Positions 58,782 to 64,000 of a stretch of DNA of 64,000 bases are shown here, piece after piece (positions within the stretch are counted from its first letter, which is position 1; each line of letters begins with the position of its first letter). Source of the DNA: a virus. Under the pieces are notes generated by a model, which worked only from the letters and a program-made list of their open reading frames with translations, searched no databases and was not told where the DNA came from. The DNA lies in IMG/VR virus record IMGVR_UViG_3300042691_019786; one strand, 5' to 3'. The position numbers and the translations under genes were made by a program.

Positions 58782-59201
58782 TTAATTATTCGTTTTGTCA
58801 ACAAAATTTAAAATTAATTTATAAGCGTCAATAATTTTATTCATATATTCAACATTTTTAACATCATCTATCGTCAAATTACCATGTAAAAGACCAAAAA
58901 ATTTATTTATAGTTTTAAAGTGTTTTATTGCAATAACATTTTCTTTTTCATAAATTGATGAAGGAAAGAATATGTATTTCCAAACACTTTTTAAATCATA
59001 ATATTCATTTCTAAATACTTTTCTTACTTTTGATTCAACAGTGTTATCACTTTTTATAGTTATTTTAGTAACATATAATTCACCATCAACTTCAAATGGT
59101 ATTATTTTGAATAATTCACTTTTTTTATTTTTGAATAAGTGTAATTCTGTTTTAGTTAAATAATTTTTAACTTCTAATTGTTTTTGCTCTACTGTTTTCA
59201 T
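58782..59201 (-). CDS. Hypothetical protein
   Basis: ORF. Confidence 0.55.
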   Translation of the reverse strand: MKTVEQKQLEVKNYLTKTELHLFKNKKSELFKIIPFEVDGELYVTKITIKSDNTVESKVRKVFRNEYYDLKSVWKYIFFPSSIYEKENVIAIKHFKTINKFFGLLHGNLTIDDVKNVEYMNKIIDAYKLILNFVDKTNN

Positions 59202-59279
59202 ATTAAATTTATTTTATTTTTAGTTATTATTTTTATACATAGACACTGTGTCTATGTTATTGTCTATGTTAAAATAAAT

Positions 59280-59309
59280 TTAAGGTGGAGCTCTGTATAT
59301 CTACATCAT
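59280..59309 (-). CDS. Putative amber-readthrough mini-ORF M-M-(TAG)-I-Y-R-A-P-P
   Basis: ATG ATG TAG ATA TAC AGA GCT CCA CCT TAA; RAPP matches an arrest-peptide motif. Confidence 0.55.
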
Positions 59310-59320
59310 AGTATTAAAAT

Positions 59321-59671
59321 TTAAACGTTGTTATTTATCTCCCTTCCCAATAATGGAAAAGAACTAGTTAGTCTTCTGCTAGAATCAGAAGGTTCAAATG
59401 CTATTGCTGTTATTTCATTGTTGATGTTTGGCTCTCTAAATATTGTGTACTTGATTCCTCTAGAATCAGCTTTCTCTGATAGTCTAACTAATTCTTCTTC
59501 GTTAGCGACTGTCAATAATGCCAGATAATTTGATTTTGATTGCCATTCTGTCGCTTCTATAGGATGAGCGTGTTGGAAATCTATGGCAGCATGTGCCGAT
59601 TGTACCGCTTGTGTCGGTAATGATAAGTCGCGTCTTGTGACAACTCTTAATTTTTCGTTAACCTATTTCAT
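59321..59671 (-). CDS. Pth2-like peptidyl-tRNA hydrolase with an in-frame TAG at codon 3
   Basis: ATG AAA TAG GTT...; VVTRRDL...Q.AHA...F.EP....TAIA. Confidence 0.78.
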
Positions 59672-59723
59672 AACTTTTTTTTAATAAATATATCAATAAT
59701 AATGCCAAAGTAAACATTATTTG

Positions 59724-59794
59724 TGGTCTTAGAGGGAATCGAACCCTCACTATCGGTTTTAGAGACCGTTACGCTGCCGTTACATCATAAGACC
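59724..59794 (-). tRNA. Amber suppressor tRNA (CTA)
   Basis: Cloverleaf; acggt-ctCTAaa-accga; own promoter motif at about 59806. Confidence 0.88.
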
Positions 59795-59830
59795 AAATCT
59801 TATAGTACAAATGTACAAAAGATTTTTTAA

Positions 59831-61450
59831 TTATGCAAATTTATTCTTTAATAATTTTTTTATTAATTTTTTATTCTCAGTAACATTATGTTTTGATTTT
59901 CTTCTAACAAATTCATCGTATTCGCTTTGTGTGATAAGACCATTTTTAAGGTTTTGTGCCAAATTTTCTAAATCTATGTTTTTATCCCTTTCTTCTCGTT
60001 CTCTTTCCTTTTCTTCGAACTCATCTAAATCAGTATCCAACACCCATACGTCACCGTAATCATTCGTATTTACTTTTGTTGCGTCATTTGGGTGTGCAAA
60101 CATTGCCTCACCATAATGTGCTCTGTATAATTCAACAGCGTCAGATTTTAATATTGTTTTTTCATCATATGTTTCTACAGTATCATCACTAAAAGCATAT
60201 GGTATTTCATAAATGTCGTCATCTAACGTTACATAGTCGTCATCAGTTGTTATATATTGATTTTCACCATAGTAATTTGGTTCTAATTCTATGGTATCAT
60301 CTAATTTAGCATATTCGCCTTCGTATCTACCATAGGTTAATTCTACGTGTACTGAATCATCATCATATTTATATATCCATTCATGGTCATATGTTTTAAT
60401 ACAGTCATCAATTAAGTATACACCACCATCTATTGATACTATATCATCTTGGTGTGCGTAACCTTCTACATACCCATTTGGTGTTCTATATGATAAATAA
60501 AACGCTTCATCTTCATCTACAGTCTCACCTTCATGGTCACCATATTCAATATAAACCCCAGCCTCTGAATGACCACCATGAGAGTCTTGTAATCGAATCC
60601 AACCTTGTTCTCCACTAGTCGCTAATGTGCTAGTTTCTGGATTATAATACTCAAATGTATCCATAAATGGGTATGTGTCATATTCACCACCATTCTCAAG
60701 CGTTACTGTCGAATTAGCTCTATTACTAAAACCATGTTCTTCAGCATAATTGTTGAAGAATGTGTTAAATTCTTTATTTGTTGTATAAATCCTATCCATA
60801 AAGTACTGGTCGTTATCCATATGCCAAATAAGCGCTCTACCTCTAACTTTTTTTGTTTCTGGATTTAATAATACAAGACATTTAACTTCATTAGGGTTAT
60901 CAGTATAAATTTTAAGATATTCTTGCGCTCTACTAAATCTCATACATGAACCCATAGTTTCACCATCTTCATAATTACCACAGTGATATGCTTTTAGAAT
61001 ATCATCACCTTCAACCATTTTTAATTGTGATGTATCAGCTGTTTTAAGATGACCAATAAGGTCTTCTATTTCATAGTCTTTAATATCTTTTATGTTACTA
61101 CCTAGATAATTGAGAAGTTTATTAATCTTAAACAATCTTTCTTTAGTATTACCATTAATATCAGTATATCCTAAAGTGATTAATTTTTCATTTTTTTTGT
61201 CATAATCAACATATTCGACATTAGCGTCATCTTTTATTTTATCACTATTTAAAAACGCTAATAATTTTTTAGATAAAGGTGTGTTAATGATATTTAATTT
61301 TTTAGTTAAATTATCACCAACTTTGATTTCTTTTTCCAATATTAAAAATAATTTATTTAAATTAACAATTTTTTGCCTTTCAATTATTAATTTATCATTT
61401 TTTATATTTTTTATAGATTCTTTAAATAATTTTTTAATTAACTGTTTCAT
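59831..61450 (-). CDS. Hypothetical late protein with acidic pseudo-repeats
   Basis: LIKKL N-terminus, GSCMR domain, repeated DDxx.L units. Confidence 0.65.
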   Translation of the reverse strand: MKQLIKKLFKESIKNIKNDKLIIERQKIVNLNKLFLILEKEIKVGDNLTKKLNIINTPLSKKLLAFLNSDKIKDDANVEYVDYDKKNEKLITLGYTDINGNTKERLFKINKLLNYLGSNIKDIKDYEIEDLIGHLKTADTSQLKMVEGDDILKAYHCGNYEDGETMGSCMRFSRAQEYLKIYTDNPNEVKCLVLLNPETKKVRGRALIWHMDNDQYFMDRIYTTNKEFNTFFNNYAEEHGFSNRANSTVTLENGGEYDTYPFMDTFEYYNPETSTLATSGEQGWIRLQDSHGGHSEAGVYIEYGDHEGETVDEDEAFYLSYRTPNGYVEGYAHQDDIVSIDGGVYLIDDCIKTYDHEWIYKYDDDSVHVELTYGRYEGEYAKLDDTIELEPNYYGENQYITTDDDYVTLDDDIYEIPYAFSDDTVETYDEKTILKSDAVELYRAHYGEAMFAHPNDATKVNTNDYGDVWVLDTDLDEFEEKEREREERDKNIDLENLAQNLKNGLITQSEYDEFVRRKSKHNVTENKKLIKKLLKNKFA

Positions 61451-61537
61451 ATAAATAAATATCTAATGAAAATAAAAAAAAGCATAGATAATGTCTATGC
61501 TTTTTTTTTTATAATATTTATTTTATCCCTATATTTT

Positions 61538-62104
61538 TTATTTGAATAAAATTTTTCCTAATCTTAACGCACTTGCTTTAAATTGCTCATAAGTACCATT
61601 GTTTTCAATAACAATGTCTGCACATGTTCTATCAATGTTGAATGAACTAGCGTCTTCGTTTGGTAGTCTTTCAGATGCATCCACCCAAATAACCAAATCA
61701 AAAATACCTTGTCTTAAACATTCTTCAATTTCATCTCTGTCACGCATTCCTACATAACAATCTGAACGTTGTAAGATACCTTTAGCTAATTTAGCTCTAT
61801 CATCTTTGTTATAATCACAAATAGCTTCATACCATTCTTGTCTGTGGTTAACTCTATCTTCAAAACATTCTTCTGGTGTTGAATAACCATATTTGTCTTT
61901 TAATAAGTCATACAAAAAGATATTTGCTGCTGATTGAGATGATGATTCAAACGTATAACCAAATTCTTCATTGAAGATTTCAGCTAATGTATCTTTCCCA
62001 TGTCTCATGTTACCTATGATTAGTAACTTAGGTTTTCTTGTTTTACCAGTTAGTCTTTCTAACATTTTTGTTTCTGCATCCATATAATTTATATTTAATC
62101 CCAT
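61538..62104 (-). CDS. dNMP-kinase-like P-loop protein
   Basis: G..RHGKDT and D.VI.NNG motifs. Confidence 0.65.
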   Translation of the reverse strand: MGLNINYMDAETKMLERLTGKTRKPKLLIIGNMRHGKDTLAEIFNEEFGYTFESSSQSAANIFLYDLLKDKYGYSTPEECFEDRVNHRQEWYEAICDYNKDDRAKLAKGILQRSDCYVGMRDRDEIEECLRQGIFDLVIWVDASERLPNEDASSFNIDRTCADIVIENNGTYEQFKASALRLGKILFK

Positions 62105-62355
62105 TCTAAAATATTTTGGTCACGGTCTTCAATAACACAACGTAACCCTTTTTCAACGTCACAATGATAAGTGATAAAATCACCACCAATATTCATACAT
62201 GTGTTAACACCTAACGCTTCATAAAACTTATCTTTATCGATTTTGTATTTTTCTAATATGGTCACGATTTCATAACCAGTAAAACCTTCTTTATGTTTGG
62301 TTTTATAAGTGTCGATAAATAACTCTAAATTTTCGCTAGTTAATTTTTTTACCAT
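62095..62355 (-). CDS. Hypothetical protein
   Basis: ORF. Confidence 0.6.
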   Translation of the reverse strand: MVKKLTSENLELFIDTYKTKHKEGFTGYEIVTILEKYKIDKDKFYEALGVNTCMNIGGDFITYHCDVEKGLRCVIEDRDQNILEWD

Positions 62356-62509
62356 TTTCTTCTATTTTTAATTTTACCTTTTGCGGAAAATAAAATAACT
62401 AATAAAAACACAATAATTGCTAATACCGTCATCTTTTACAAATTTACTAAATATTATTCATATATGCAAATAAAAAAAGCCATCATTTAGATGGCTTCTT
62501 AATAAGTTC

Positions 62510-62589
62510 AGAATAGTCTTTGTGGAATTGAACCACTAATCGAATTTTGCAAATTTAATTTTCATCCAGAAGATTGCTGAAACTATTCT
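62510..62589 (-). ncRNA. TCAGCAA-stem RNA with a T-arm and GCA loop
   Basis: AGAATAGT-TTCAGCAA...ttGCAaa...GTGGTTCAATTCCAC...ACTATTCT. Confidence 0.55.
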
Positions 62590-62595
62590 TTTTAG

Positions 62596-62665
62596 TAGCG
62601 AACTCGGAATCGAACCACCCTTCAAGGTTATGAGCCTCGTGTGCAACCTCTTACACCATAACGCA
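62596..62665 (-). tRNA. tRNA-Met(CAT)-like gene with a degraded T/acceptor stem
   Basis: cgagg-ctCATaa-ccttg; imperfect 3' half. Confidence 0.55.
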
Positions 62666-62670
62666 ATATA

Positions 62671-63177
62671 TTATTTGGTGGATTCTAGTGACTTTTTTAG
62701 TATAAATGAGATTGTCCCTTTAGAAGATATCCCATGTTTAGCCATTATTTCACTAAAACTTAAACCATTCTTTTTATCATTGATAATAGCTTCATGGTTA
62801 TATTTTAAGTTAGCTTTACTAGATAACTTAATTCTTTTTTCTTTAGGTACGTCTAAAGAATTTTCACTATATGTACCAATCCCTATATTATCATACGAAT
62901 TATCCGTTGATATTCCGTTTAAATGTCTGACAACAATACCAGTTTCAAAAATTTTATCACCAAATTTTTGATAAGCTTGTAATCTGTGAACAAAAGACCT
63001 AGTTGGGTTTGAACCCTTTTCTACTCTAATGTTAAAAGATAAATAACCTTTTTTAGATTTTCCAATTGAGATTTCTTGACCATCTTTATTAAAGACTTTA
63101 CCATCTTTATCAACTGAATAACCTTTATCAACACTTAATTTGGTTATTAACTCTTGTTTGCTTACTTCAATACTCAT
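62671..63177 (-). mobile_element. HNH homing endonuclease
   Basis: VHRL.A...VRHLNG..DN...N....T.SEN; lies between two Met tRNA genes. Confidence 0.85.
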
Positions 63178-63196
63178 ACAAATACTTTTAAAATTT

Positions 63197-63264
63197 ATTA
63201 ACTTCTTAGTCACCATTTAGGTGTGCAATAACCACTACGTGCAAGTGAGTTAATTTCGGTTATC
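63197..63264 (-). ncRNA. HDV-like (theta) self-cleaving ribozyme
   Basis: P1 GATAAC/GTTATT, P2 ATTAACT/AGTTAAT, P3 CAC/GTG, P1.1 GC/GC, P4 CACC/GGTG, J4/2 aCTAAGa; starts right after the tRNA discriminator. Confidence 0.8.
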
Positions 63265-63336
63265 TAGCGGAGGAAGGAATCGAACCCCCGACCTCAAGGT
63301 TATGAGCCTTGCGAGCTACCTCTGCTCTACTCCGCA
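63265..63336 (-). tRNA. tRNA-Met(CAT), initiator-like
   Basis: 1:72 mismatch; caagg-ctCATaa-ccttg. Confidence 0.88.
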
Positions 63337-63341
63337 ATGTG

Positions 63342-63419
63342 TGCCCTAGACTGGCTACGAACCAGTTATCCCATAGATATCTTTCGATACCCATCTGATA
63401 AAGTCTAAACTTCTAGAGC
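63342..63419 (-). ncRNA. tRNA-like RNA without an anticodon loop
   Basis: GCTCTAG/CTAGGGC acceptor, T arm, central GTATC-GAAA-GATAT hairpin. Confidence 0.5.
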
Positions 63420-63423
63420 ATAG

Positions 63424-63498
63424 TTGGCCAGAATCTGTTTTTTTTACTTTGCTTAGAATATAGTATAGTTAAATTGCTGAATAGATTCTTTCTGCCAA
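63424..63498 (-). ncRNA. TCAGCAA-stem RNA
   Basis: TTGGC..AGAATCT-ATTCAGCAA...AGATTCT.GCCAA. Confidence 0.55.
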
Positions 63499-63510
63499 TA
63501 AGTTTATCTC

Positions 63511-63790
63511 AAGATGGTTTTTTGTGTTTTTTCATCCCAGCGGATTAACCCTTTTTACGTCTTCGGCTACGCTTTGGCGAGAGTCTACTGTTATTCGACT
63601 ACATCCTACTTGCACCTATTGGGGTGGTTGTGACGTGGTTTTTGTTTTAATTGGAAACCTAACCAATTTTGTTTAATTCCGTTGCAGTAAAAACCATCCG
63701 AGTCCTTCTTTCAAAGGTCATATTGTCTTTCTGGCATACCAACTAAACTCTCATAGTAATTGTATCTGTTTTGGTTGCAGAACCCATCTT
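63511..63790 (-). ncRNA. ~280-nt RNA closed by a CTGCAA-variant stem
   Basis: AAGATGG-GTTCTGCAA...CCATCTT with a nested second motif; follows a promoter and boxA. Confidence 0.5.
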
Positions 63791-64000
63791 TTTAGATAAT
63801 ATTTTTAATATGTAAAGAACGTTGTTTTTAATTATATTACAAATGTACTAATAAATATGTGGTTTGTCAAGTAAAATCAAAAATATTTTTAATTTATTTT
63901 TTTGTACCACCCATTTCATTCTGTTTATCGTTTGTAAGTTCCTCTAAAACAACTAAAACGTTATGTTTAGTCGTTAAATCATGAATCACATTAACAACAT

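Noticed and set aside
1254-62971. Most plus-strand ORFs in the track (e.g. 5475, 17835, 25687, 51277, 57432)
   Set aside because: They are antisense shadows of well-supported minus-strand genes, with no motifs.
1-64000. Genome-wide TAG reassignment (code 15), suggested by the suppressor tRNA
   Set aside because: Long conserved genes are intact under code 11, and TAG ends genes cleanly just before the next start (e.g. 1668, 36564).
1-64000. CRISPR array
   Set aside because: No regularly spaced direct repeats were seen; the recurring motifs are tRNA arms and promoters.

Overview
This is an AT-rich segment of a large (jumbo-type) bacteriophage genome, transcribed almost entirely from the minus strand. 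The host is probably a Bacteroidetes, because many promoters match the TTG-N~19-TAnnTTTG consensus. It carries NAD+ salvage genes, a WGR-PARP, DNA ligase, RNA end-healing, ligating and CCA-adding enzymes, an ABC/OmpA module, about 7 homing endonucleases, about 37 tRNA genes and many tRNA-like ncRNAs. Main finding: four tRNA clusters are each headed by a short leader-peptide ORF plus an antiterminator/terminator, and each leader is built from the amino acids of the tRNAs downstream (K/T/Y/Q/P/G; F/E/D/A; L/C/V; R/I/N/H/M/S/W). Together the four sets partition all 20 amino acids, which suggests ribosome-mediated attenuation that supplies phage tRNAs on demand. Other findings: an amber-suppressor tRNA next to a Pth2-like gene with TAG at codon 3 and a M-M-amber-IYRAPP mini-ORF; a family of TCAGCAA-stem tRNA-mimic RNAs in several circular permutations; an HDV-like (theta) ribozyme at a tRNA 3' end; tRNAs with anticodon-loop inserts or a rearranged D-arm; and an Rnl2 gene split by a homing endonuclease, with intein-remnant tails. 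All annotation was done by eye, with no database searches or folding programs. RNA coordinates may be off by a few nt.
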